Positions 39,507 through 51,798 of a DNA stretch of 64,000 bases are shown piece by piece. The notes below the pieces were generated by a model, which was given only the letters and a program-made list of their open reading frames with translations, did no database searches and had not been told where the DNA came from. Made by a program: the position numbers and the translations under genes. Position 1 is the stretch's first letter, and each line of letters begins with the position of its first letter. Source of the stretch: Lingula anatina (taxonomy: Eukaryota; Animalia; Brachiopoda); contig CM120645.1 of assembly GCA_051362555.1 (NCBI GenBank), forward strand, positions 5,890,001 through 5,954,000. The letters are read 5' to 3'.

Positions 39507-42500
39507 TTAAAACTTAACAAGCTGTGTTTTCTCCTGCCTGTGAGCATCCTCACCAGCCTCATTTGATGAGAAAAGTAGGCAGTAACCATAAACACAAACT
39601 GCCTTCAAGGTTTGAAACACAAACAAGTCCTCTAGCAGTGCCACTCCTACCAGAGCAGCCCAGTTGTACACAGCGCTATCACTCAGCTCTCCGCCATACG
39701 CAATGGTGAGAAATACTGCCAAAGCCATGGAGACGCCTAGCAAAATGACTGCTGGATAGATCAGAATGTGGGGCAACTTTCCGCTATCGTGTTTTCTGTT
39801 GACCATCATCTCCAGTGACTTCAGCTCAGTGTATGGCACCTCATCTGATGGTTCTGGAACAGATTGTGGGGAAATGAATGAATGAATTCGGAAAGTATGT
39901 GAAAGTTTTACTTCAAATTGAAGCAGGCTAATATTACCTCCCATAAGACCATAATCACTGCTATAATTATAATGAGTAAGGGCAAGGAAGGTTATATTGA
40001 AACCAATGTTCTAAATATCTTCAAAATGTAAACTGTTTGGATACATATTCAAAAATGTATTATTTTTTTATATGTTCATTCTTTTTAAAATTTAACTTTT
40101 TAAATTAACTGAACTGACGGACATGACACCAAACTGGACAATTACCTTCCCAAATATTAACTGCTACTGTAACAGTATCTGGTGCAGTGGCATTCTGTAG
40201 CGTTCCTTCTTTAGCTGAATGTTTCAAAACATTATATAAACTAGAATGAATGACTTGAAGTTTGGAAGTCTGGCCAAACGAATCTTTGTAAAATTAATTA
40301 AAAAAAATAAAGATATTAAAAACTTCTGTATCAGACATTTGTAAAATATATGAAAATCTTGAAACTGCTTTGAAATGTTCACAAAATGCCAACTAGTTGT
40401 TGGTGCTACAATATGTTTTTCCACCTGATAATTACGTACCTTTCTCTACATCCACTGCCACATCATGCTCAGATGTCTGCTTTGGTAGCTCATCATTGTA
40501 TTTTGTCTGGTTGATGTCTGAAATAAGGTTATTCTAAAATTGTATAAAACAAATAAAGGAAAATGTGAGAACCTTTTTGTTCGAGCATTATTACTCTATT
40601 CTTGAACATAAATTAAGAACCAGAAAATCAAAATAAAAAAATGTTACATCTATTTTACACTATAAAAAAGGATTAAAAATACATCCTCAGATAGACATTT
40701 CTACAGCATAATACATATGCAACTTTTGTATATGTATATAATTACCTGGGTGGAGAAAACTTGGGTTAAAGTGAGCAATGAGACTGTAAAAAGATGAAAC
40801 ATCTGCATTTCTGTAGCTGGAGGTCTTTCCATCATGGGATTTTGGGTGCTCTGCTTGCATCCCCATTTGCATCTTTGAGTTTAGCCTAGGGTTGTTAGGA
40901 GGAGGAGCATATGTGAAGAACTCAGAAGCAATGCAGTTGTTATTCTCCCTAGAGACTTCTGGCATCTGGAGTATGATGCTGCTAATGGACAGTGCACTGG
41001 AGCTGGGAGTGCTGTTGTAGCTGGGTGTTTTCTGAAATGATACATACCACAATATAGCCCATAAGTATACAGCACATAATGTCTTTTTATGTTCTTAGTA
41101 TATCTGTTTATAAGCCAAAACAAATATCACTTTGTAATAAGTGATACAAGTGTGTGTTTTTAATCATAAGAAGGCAATGCACGTATGCCTCAAAGGCAGT
41201 CCATGATATATATCTGTACAGGCACATACATACATGCATGCACAAACAAAAATTAGAAAGAAATAATTAATACCCCTTTCCTGCTGTCCACATATCCCAT
41301 GGCAACCATTTCTTCCTTGACAACCAAATTGTCCTTGGCAACCATTTCTTCAATCTGTGCCATAGCCTGGTGTTCAACAGTTGCACGTGCCAAATCATAG
41401 CCCTTCTCAAAGTCATAAGCCACCTGTTTCATCATGGTCTCCACACTTCCATGCACAACTTGTTGAAACCCATCACTGATTGTGCAACTGAAAAAATAAA
41501 GAAAGTGATTGGTCTTTCTTCATTTTAACCAAGAAATATTGTAAAGAATGTGTATTATTGGAAGAATAACACTCTGGCTACAATGAATAACTCCATTAAT
41601 TACCGTAACACACTCAAAGCATATATTTGTCACTTAATAAAAGCAAAATAATTATAATATGAAACCATTTCAACAGTAAAACACAAAATTAAACAGATTT
41701 ATGATGAAAACAGGTTTTTAGTAGTCTTTAACGTGGTGCAGTCTAATACAAGTTGTCAAAATCAGACATCACTATGAGCAAGACATGTGATCAACTCCCA
41801 AAGCTGAACACAAATTTAACTTTATTCCAACATATTTATGAAATGAGGAGTCTTAAAAAAAAAGAGAAAAAAAAGGCTCCTTACATGTCATCATACTGAG
41901 GCTCATCTTCCAGGCTCTGCAGCACAGTGGTGTCACCAGTGTCTTCTCTGTCATAGCACCTGATATTGTACATTGCTACATCATATATGCCATTCACAAG
42001 GAATGTTCCTATATTGACAAGGAGGCTGGAGAGGAAGATGCCTCTATCAAGCTGAATGACACCAACAGCACTGAGAAGGGTACTGGTAAGCAGCATGTTT
42101 GCAAACATGTAGTTCAAGGTGCTGTTAAACCACAGAAGGACAGGGGCCAGCTTCAAGCTGGAACAGCGTGTCCATCCATGACAGGACCACATAAACAGAA
42201 GGCAAGTTTGCAGTCCAAACCTGAAAAATATTAAATTTATATAAAATATCGAAGTACAGAAGTACATACATGAAAATTAAATACTACATGTACATTCCAT
42301 GTTTAAGGAAAACTGTATACTGCATTAAGAAATCAGAATTCAATACATGTCATAATTATTATTATCTTTTATATTCTATGTGTTGATAACTTGCAAAAAC
42401 AGTCATTTCAAAGTACATTATATGCTTATTTATTCATTGTGAGAAAGTCTCCAACTTTACCTGGAGTTCTTACATGACTCCAAAGTGGTGTTTCCCACTG

Positions 42501-43712
42501 TGAGGCATCCATTGCTGCTGAAGTGAGATTCACAGCCAGATACTGTATCATATACTGTTATGTCCAGCATATTCCTTCAATGAAAGAAAAATATATAATA
42601 CAATTTTTTTCTTTTTTGCTCAAGTTTCTTTATTAACCACAAATATTTAACAATTGGTATTTGGAATAAATTGCCGCTTCTAAATATCTGTACTGAGATG
42701 CTAGCTTACACTTTTTCCATTCTGTATATATTAATATATCTAGATAACTCCATGAATATAGCTTTAACTACAGAGGCACCCAAGGCATTCATAACACAAT
42801 TCATATTTCAGAACATTGACAGAAATAATCTTCATGATTTGCATAACTTTTTTTATAAATGTAGTACTATGATGTAGTGATGTTTGTGATGTTGCAGTTT
42901 GTTCTTTAAATTACCATTGAGCTCCTGGTCTTCCACTGATGTTCACCACAACATTCTTCAGTTTTCCCAGAGACTCTGAGTTAAAAATAATAATAAAAAA
43001 AAAAAAAATTTAATGTTAGCATGTTGTTTGAGAATAAAACAGGCATCAAATATGATAAAGTTGTAGTTTAATTGTAAAAGTAAATTTAGTTTAACAAAAC
43101 AAGACCAACAGCATCTTGTTTTACAAACCTAAAAGGATTCTTGCACTAACACTCTCAAAATATGCTTAACTTTATAATAAATAGGCAACATGCAAGGAGT
43201 TCTGTAAACATAATACTATATGTAATAATAATGTTAGATTTATGTAATAAAGCTTCTAATAGAGATAAAGAGTAAACTGTGACTAGACGTGATGTTCTGG
43301 TGAAGACTGTACACGCTGAATTGATTGCAATAAGTAAACGGTAATTAACTGCTAATAATATTGTTGAATCAATATTTGAAGCCAATGAAATTTATATGTG
43401 CTCCGAAAATATTCAAGATGTTTACCTTTGGTATACAAAAGGAACCAGTTCTTCTGTCCTACCCCAAGGAAATTGTGCTTTTTCCCATGTTCATTCAGAT
43501 TGTATTCAGGAGATACCCCCTGGTCTCCTTTCAACTGCAATCTGACTTTGGGTGTCTTTCCTGCTATTTAAAACAACATACGCATTTCTATAGTTAGGAA
43601 AAAATACAGTTAAGCAACAACTTCAATAATAATATACAAAGGCAAGGCTCGTCATTGGCCTATATCTCTTTTTTTATTTTTGTCATTATTTTTATTATTG
43701 TTATAATTATTA

Positions 43713-43746
<34 letters not shown>

Positions 43747-44659
43747 CTGAAGACACTTAAACACTTTTATTTCACAAAATAACTAGTTTGAGCTTTTCAA
43801 CAAGAATCAGAATCAATAACCTAGAAGATCTTAGCATCACTCTTACCTCTTTTCAGCCCATTTTGAACTGCTACCATATATCTATAGTGATGTTCACCAG
43901 AATATTTGGGAACAACAATGATACCACTCTGCTTTCTCTGAAATGATAATGACCATTATAATTATAAGGCAAAAGAAAATAAAATAAAGGGAATGAAAAG
44001 TATGTCAAAATAAAACAATGATGTTATGAAATTGATAACAGTGGAAACAAAATAATTTCAGTTCTTTGCCACAGTTGCTTATTTTATATTTTAAAAAAAA
44101 TTAGTCTATCACAGAAATTCCTAAGAGAAAGCTATACTTTCATATGCATGCAGGCCAAAATTAAAGTTTTGTTTTAGTACCTTCTTCCACTTGAGCCATA
44201 TAATAAAGCTCATGGTGACAAACATGAGTCCAACAAAAGCATATATAAAGGCGTAAGTAAGTCTGTTGTTTATCACAAACTTTGGAGGCATTTTCCAGGT
44301 ATAAGCTAGCAAAGAAATGAAAGGATGGAACTTAGAAAATGGAAAGCAAGGAAGCAAATCAAGGGCAAAAAGAATTATTAAAAAGCGTGGTTATTTTAAA
44401 TATATAGACTATTGAAAATAGTGAAAGTAGGGTCTAATAAAAATGAGGCTGAAACAAAACACAAAAAGTGGGTTGTTGACTATCAAAATACATGAAATAG
44501 TGACAACCCAAATAAAAAATTACAATTTTTGCTAAAATGAATGGTGAAAAAACATAAAAGATGCAAAAGAGTTAAATATAATTTGATGCTATTCTTACCT
44601 CCATGGAGAGGTTGCATGAGTAGCAACATCAACAGAACTTTGATCTTCAAGTTCTTCAT
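39507..44659 (-). CDS. Mini polycystin-1-like gene, copy 4 (apparently intact; divergent exon 11 and stalk)
   Basis: Twelve exons in frame. Exon 11 reads AKEGTLQNATAPDTVTVAVNIWE (3 nt longer); the stalk reads AYTWKMPPKFVINNR. Confidence 0.78.
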
Positions 44660-45945
44660 AACGGCAGAATTCTTTTTATATGTTCTCCCTGTATCAAATA
44701 ATATGAAGCCGTGTAGGACAAACACGTAAATTAAAACAGAAGTCTCGATTCAACGAATAAACGAGAAATTATCGATATCTCAAAAACTTTGGACGGAGTT
44801 AACTTTGACTTCCGCCCAAATCTCACAAATGTCTGTTGCTAATTGACGTCACAGACACAATCAACTCATGTGACCATTGTGCTGAGATGTGCGGTTGTGA
44901 CATAAATACAGCTTTGAATCGAAAAAAGGCTCACTAGCCAAATATTGGGGCTTTAATAAATTATTTTAAAGGGGATAACTGTAGTCTATTTTATTTTCCG
45001 CATTTGTTTGGATTTTATGCAAAAAAATCTTGAAATTTTACTGCTGGAATTCAGTGTTTTGAAGTCTGAATCTGTCCAAAAAGGAATACATTGGTCATCT
45101 GCACCGTTACTGTTCTTGGTCTCTTTTTTCCTTTATAGCACTCGTTGTTTTTTCCACCTCATATATTATCTTTCTCACATTCCTGTCCTTTTATTCGTTT
45201 AACCATATTGTTAGATATTAACTGCAAATGGAAAATTTTCAGAAAATTTTATAAACTCACAGTTGAAATGAACGTCTATCTTAACTATGCCCTAGCTGAT
45301 CCAGAAGGCGTGTCAGACATTTAAACTGATTCCACTGATTACGCTTAGAAAGAATCCCCCGCAGGGTTGGACTGATCCAGTTAGTGCGATGGGTCTTTCT
45401 GAATGCGATCTTATGCATTTTGGAGACGTCTGACCCATTAGTGCCAAACTGTATTTTTTGTTTATTGCAAATATGCTGAATGGCTTTGTATGTTTTAACA
45501 TATTAAAAGAAAGCAAGCTCCTTTCGCAAATCAGCATGATCTAATTGAATTTATTTATTTATCTATTTATTCATTTCTTTATTTATTTTTGAAAACGTTG
45601 TAATAGTTGTGATGTTTGATGTCTGTATATTTTCAAGTTTTGCCGTGTAGTACATTTTTTTGTTTGTTATTGTGTGTGGATTCTTCAAATATTCCTGTTT
45701 TGTTTTACCTGAATTAGTGTTTTGCTTGGCTACCTCTATTTTTTTAAAAAGACTCATGCCTCCTCTATTCTTGGAAAGGCACAATAGAACGCATCATACC
45801 ATATCAATTATCACGCCACTGTGTTCATATTTCTGCATTTCTCGTTTTGGAATTGTACCCTTTTTGTGGAATAGCCCCACTACGACACCTAGAAGCCACC
45901 GTACTTTTGGATAAAAAAAGAACTGCAGGTTTCGCTGTCAACAAC

Positions 45946-48900
45946 ATGGCTGTCCAAGTTAAGGTCATGTTGTCTTGTTTGTTTACGTTGCTGGCAATCA
46001 TACACATAGGTACGTAAAAAATGGGTTCTATATACAATATAAGCCTACAATGTAGGTCCATCTATTTCAGCGATTATAATTAATTGTGGAATGCCCCATG
46101 TTACACTGATATACACGGAGAGCACAAACGTGAAATGACCCTTAACATTAAAACTCACATCTCTACAAATATATGTTGATACAGTAGGCCTACTTAACAG
46201 ATATCGATTTCGTAGTTGAGAGTATAATAGCCAGTGTGTCAGGAATGGTAGTCCGCTAGGAACCGTAGTCGGTTCCCCATTACTATGTAGGGGAGACCGG
46301 GGTAAGTTGGCCCCTATCAAGTCTCTTTAATAAAGTTACTTTAAGATGCTAAATTATTTCATTTGGACTCACTGCCGACGCTTTCTTAGCACTATTGGAT
46401 ACGGTCACTTTACAAAATGATGTGATCAATTCTTTTACCCCATAGTTATTTTGTCATAAATTGATGGGGGGGGGGGGGGGGGGGGGGGGGACTTACCTCG
46501 GGGTCCAACTAACCCCGGTCTCCCCTACAGGTGACATTCGGCCCATATACTTACCCTACTCCGACTTACCCTGGACTTCCATTCCTAGGACTACCTGTCG
46601 CACTGGTCAAAAACACCTCTTACCACTTCTCACTTTTATTTTTTCAACGGTGTTATCAATTAACCGCGTTCACTGTTATGCTAATATATATATATATAGT
46701 TATACGTGCCCGTGGTAAAAATGGGAAACTGATCAGGCAAGCAACCCCCGAGTTACATGTACAGTGTATGTGGAATGGGGTTTGCCGTGAAACGTTCCCC
46801 TGGGGCTAGGAGGAAAGGATCGACACAGATGGGAGGGGAAGGGGTTTCTACACGTAGGTTAAATTCCAGATCTCCAATATGAAATTACATATTGCTAGTG
46901 TAACTAATTAAATTAAATAACGACCTAGCTTGCATTTAAAAAAATAGTAGGGGCCTACACTGGATTGTTCAAGAACAATATATGTTGAAGGTGACTCAAA
47001 TTTCATCAAATGGAGTCGGCCACTTCTGTGTTCACTTCGAGTATGTTTGTAAAATGAATAGGTTTAGGAAACAACAAATACAATCTATACAATGGTTGAG
47101 TGCGAGTAGGTGAGTGTCAGATGTCAATCCCTCTTTTGCGACCTAGATACAGATACAGAAAAGGCATGCCATCAATAACTAAAACGACACGAAAGTTGAA
47201 ATGATAATCCGATCAGTTACATTTTTAATCTTGACTTGTATTTAAGATAATCGTTTTTACTTATTTATTCCGTGGAGAGTAACATTGCTACGCATATTAC
47301 TCGTCATCTGGTAGTTGCGTGTGCCTGTTCAAACGTGCCACAGAAATACGGAGTGACCACAACCATTTGTTTTATCTCTACAGTTTGTCCTTATATTTCT
47401 GTACGTATATAGTGAGTACAAAATACATCCGTGCGTCGGGTGACAAATATAATAATGTAATACTTGATAATAGGCCCTACTATGTGTTTGCTTGGGCTCA
47501 ATAAATTTGCTAAGAGTCCTACGTGTTTAGAACTTGTTAAAACAACCGTACTACTTAGCGGGCTAGCAATTCTGTACAAATTTCGAACGAATGGAGCTGT
47601 AAAGATTTATTGGTTTTATCACTTTTAAGTAAGAAGGATAGCCTAACATGAAAAAGTCAAGGGTGTTGAATTGAGTTTCATATGGGGTTGCTTCCTGGCA
47701 TGGTGTCCATACTAAAAAATCGTTAAAAAACATTATCCTGCGCATATACAAGTAGTTAATACAATATACAATAATTAAGAGTAGATAAAATGATGATTTA
47801 ATGCCTCTGTGTTTCCTTGTTTTAACGAATCGTGCTACTGGCGCATGTAACGGTTATAAAACAGTATAACATTGGAAGCACAGTGCCGCCGGAAAGTCAC
47901 CTTACCAAAAGGCCGAATGGACTCCCAACCCTGCCCCGTATGGTCGAACAATATGATAATTACAGGGTAGGAGAATCGGCAAGTAATCGTTATCGGACAT
48001 CCAAATTAGTCGGTTCAACGAACACGCTCTGCTCCTTCTTAAGTTTTCTATTACAGCTGATGCAAAGAGATTGCTATCGACACAAGCAAACAATACCGGG
48101 TTATGTTGTATCAACTGCAACAGAAGAATAGAGTAAAGGCAGATCGAATATGAGAACAAAACTGAAGAACAAATCAGGCTTAGTTTTAAAACACGTATAA
48201 CAATTTTATTTGACGTTCACTTGATTATAATAAGTCACGATCAACACAAGCGTAGTTAAAATGAACAATTTTAAATAGCTAATACATCAAATAAATAACA
48301 ATGTCTCAATATTTTTATTACATACGGTGCTTGTTCAGTAGCCTGACGCACGACCTTCTCTCTCAATCACTGCTGGAATCACCTTCTTTAGGTGATTAAT
48401 GTATTTATTACATTTTTCTGCGCCAATATTTTCCCATGCCTCTCTAATGCCTGTTGCGACACTTTATGGCCTTCATTTTCTATTTGGGCGGTGATGTTTT
48501 TAATTTACGCCCCTTGTTCTCGCAGGCCGATGATACGCACACGTACGTAATCGCTAAGAGGCATCTTGGAATAGTGCTGATTTGGAAAATTTGAGTGTCG
48601 ATTTATACCGTTCACTTGGCAGGTGACATGATGGGACAGAAATCAGTGATATGTTTCCTTGATTTAATGAAACGTGCTACTGGTACATGTTACAGATATA
48701 AAACAGTAAAACATTGGAAGTAATAATTTGATCATGTTCTTTTTTAACTTGACGCCTACTTTAGACCATCGTTTTTCCTTTTCCAGTGAAGGGGAGCGAA
48801 TATTGCTGTGAATATTACACGTCATCTGGCACTTACAGAAGCTCTTTCTTCTGTTCCCAATACTGCTGCGGGACATCTACCAGTAAATACTGCTGTTCAT

Positions 48901-51758
48901 CGTACTCAAGCAGATACTACCCGAGTTATTCCTATATATCGTTATGCCCGCCCGCCACTCCACCCACCACAACAACAGGTTCGTTTGTAATAATAATAAT
49001 CGATGTATATTTTCATTTGGTCAGTGTATATACTGATGAATTTTTGCTGCTATATCGAAGTTAATTGCAACGGTGTGGTGTGACCATTTGAGTTCTGACC
49101 TTTTTCATGAGTTTTGACCTTTGTATTTACAGTCCGTACAGTAGGTAGTTTAGGAGAATATTGCTGCGAATACTTCACGTCAAATGGCACTTACAAACCG
49201 TTGTTCCACTGTTCTCAATATTGCTGCGGGACATCTACCAGTAAATACTGCTGTTCCTCGAACTCAAGCAGATATGATGTGAGTTATACCTATAGCTGGT
49301 TATGCCCACCCGCCACTCCACCCACCACAACAACAGGTTCGTTTGTAATAATAATCGATTTAATTTTTCATTTGGTTAGTGTACATACTAGCTGGTACAT
49401 GTTAGCTACAATCGACGTGAATTGAAACGGTGTTGTGTGACCATTTGAGTTCTGACCTTGACCTTTTTAACGAGTTTTGACCTTTGTATTTACAGTCAGT
49501 ACAGTAGGTTCAGGAGAATATTGCTGCGAATACTACACGTCAAATGGCACTTACAAACCGTCGTTCCACTGTTCTCAGTATTGCTGCGGGACATCTACCA
49601 GTAAATACTGCTGTTCCTCGAACTCGAGCAGATATGATGTGAGTTATTCCAATAGCTGGTTGTGTTCGCCCACCTCTCCACCCACCACAACAAAAGGTTT
49701 GTTTGTAATAATAATAATCGATGCATATTTTCATTTGGTCAGTGTATATACTGATGAATTTTTGCTGCTATATCGACGTTAATTGCAACGGTGTGGTGTG
49801 ACCATTTGAGTTCTGACCTTGACCTTTTTCATGAGTTTTGACCTTTGTATTTACAGTCAGTACAGTAGGTTCAGGAGAATATTGCTGCGAATACTACACG
49901 TCAAATGGCACTTACAAACCGTCGTTCCACTGTTCTCAATATTGCTGCGGGACATCTACCAGTAAATACTGCTGTTCCTCGAACTCGAGCAGATATGATG
50001 TGAGTTATTCCAATAGCGGGTTGTGCTCGCCTGCCTCTCCACCCACCACAACAACAGGTTTGTTTGTTTGTATAATGGATTTAATTTTTCATTTGGTTTG
50101 TGTATATACTGATGCATTGTAACTACTATATCGACGTTAATTGAAACAGTGTGGTGTGAACATTTGGGTTCTGACCCTGACCTTTTTCACGAGTTTTGAC
50201 CTTTGTATTTACAGTCAGTACAGTAAATTTAGGAGAATATTGCTGCGCATATTACACGTCAAATGGCACTTACAAACCGTCGTTCCACTGTTCCCAATAC
50301 TGCTGCGGGACATCTACCAGTAAATACTGCTGTTCCTCGTGCTATGGCAGATACTACCCGAGTTATTCCTATCTTCCCTTGTGCCCCACCCCCTCAAACA
50401 ACTGGAGCAGCTGGACTCCGAGTGTTGCACCAGACACCACGTGCGTATACATATTTTCTTTCAAATAGGAAGGAGCTGCTCTCTTCCTCTTTTTTTCCCC
50501 TCTCTCTCTTTCTGTAAGGTGTGTGTGTGTGTGTCGTAACTTTTTATTTCACTTTCACAAAGGCTTTCAGTGTGTAATAGTAGTATCAGAATAAATGTAT
50601 TTTACGGTCTTTGCATTTTGTTTGTTTTGCATAATGAAGAAGCCGTGCACCTCATAATTTGAGCTGCTGATTCAGACTGATATAATTTCTTTATAGTACT
50701 GGTGCTATAGTTGGCTCTGTAGTCGGTTTCATCGCCTTGTGTATCAACATAGGAGTTGTCGTCTGCTTCGCAACCGGATGTGGACAAAGGAAAGGAACAG
50801 GTTAGTTAAAGAAACACTCGTGTGGTCATTGAGGGGGGGGGGTCTTAAAATACATAGAGAAAGATGACGGAAAGTAGAGGGTTGCTATACGTGCTAAACA
50901 TATTGTCCTAGTAAAGGATCGAGATTGAGTTCTAGAATCATCATTAGGCTGCAAAATTCAACAAACTCTGTATCGATCAGACTAGCTGCTATGTCATGGA
51001 ATGCTGAAATGAGACGCACTGTTTTGCCATTTGCGGGGGCGGATCCAAAGATATTTTCTGAAAGTCTTCCAAATTATATTTGTTGATCCATCCTCTATCG
51101 TATTTTTGACCGTCTTCCGACAGAAAAATTAGATACCCGTCACTGTAAACTTGAAAATCTGACCGTCTTCCGAAAGAACCACAAGACGGCCTCAATCCGC
51201 CCCTGATTTTGTACAGTTTGTGTTTTACGGTGTAAAGAGCAACAGAGAGAAAAGAATTGCAAACAAGACACAATTACATCTTGAACTACTACATGTAGGC
51301 CCCACAGTTTCGTATTCATGGCCATAATGTTCCGATGTGTTTCCTGCAAATTGTGAGTATGTATATTTATTATAAGCTAAAAAGAATGTCAATTGCTGTT
51401 AACTACAGTGGGCCCAGAAACACAGCCACCGTATACAGGATACGGGCCAGAGATTCCCCCACAACAGCCGCCAAACACGGGGCTTGGGACAGGAATTCCC
51501 CCACAACAGCCGCCAAACACAGGGTTTGGGCCAGGAATTCCCCCACAACAGCCGCCAAACACAGGTTTTGGGCCAGGAATTCCACCACCACAGCCGCAAA
51601 ACACAGGGTTTGGGCCAGGAATTCCACCTGCCAATAACGCATTTGGGCCAGGATCGCCACCAAATGCAGAGGCACCACCACTGGATGCCGCCGGTAATGA
51701 TGCACCCCCTCAGCCATACCCAGGCACAGACGATACTTACACCCCACTCCAACATTAA
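45946..51758 (+). CDS. Multi-domain Shisa-like type-I membrane protein A, ~513 aa; exons 45946-46009, 48787-48978, 49133-49336, 49496-49696, 49857-50057, 50215-50440, 50697-50800, 51409-51758
   Basis: Signal peptide MAVQVKVMLSCLFTLLAIIHI; five EYCC-x14-C-x3-CCGTSTSKYCC-x16-CP domains resembling the Shisa/STMC6 Cys-rich domain; TM GAIVGSVVGFIALCINIGVVVCFA with juxtamembrane Cys and basic residues; Pro-rich tail. All splice phases are compatible. Confidence 0.85.
46286..46529. mobile_element. MITE in intron 1 of gene A, nested in an older small element (~46235-46610)
   Basis: TIR TGTAGGGGAGACCGGGGTAAGTTGG / CCAACTAACCCCGGTCTCCCCTACA. The flanks resemble the reverse complement of 51799-51976. 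Confidence 0.75.
48787..50440 (+). repeat. ~360-bp exon+intron tandem repeat (5 units) encoding the Cys-rich domains
   Basis: Homologous ORF starts at 49114, 49477, 49838, 50196 (spacing 363/361/358); the introns are also homologous. Confidence 0.92.
51440..51635 (+). repeat. 42-bp coding minisatellite (GPGIPPQQPPNTGF)x~4.5 in the cytoplasmic tail of gene A
   Basis: Read directly; period 14 aa. Confidence 0.9.
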
Positions 51759-51798
51759 TTCATCTGGCGCGGGTAGACTTCATTGACTATATAGTGTG

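Larger units (their letters stand above)
3240..45020. repeat. Four-copy tandem segmental duplication; units approx. 3240-10647, 10648-27239, 27240-38311, 38312-45020
   Basis: Near-identical ORF sets recur (last-exon stops at 4470, 18462, 28442, 39507). Each unit starts at a poly-G tract followed by homologous sequence. Length differences are explained by copy-specific insertions and deletions. Confidence 0.95.

Noticed and set aside
3240-45020. Array as an artefact of uncollapsed haplotypes
   Set aside because: Four distinct versions, each with private insertions and deletions, exceed two alleles, and the junctions share the same structure. Long-read confirmation is still advisable.
51335-51786. 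ORFs open in all six frames, including a Gly/Cys-rich keratin-associated-like antisense peptide
   Set aside because: A stop-free GC-rich 42-bp repeat explains this. Only the Pro-rich plus frame has a splice acceptor in phase with the TM exon.
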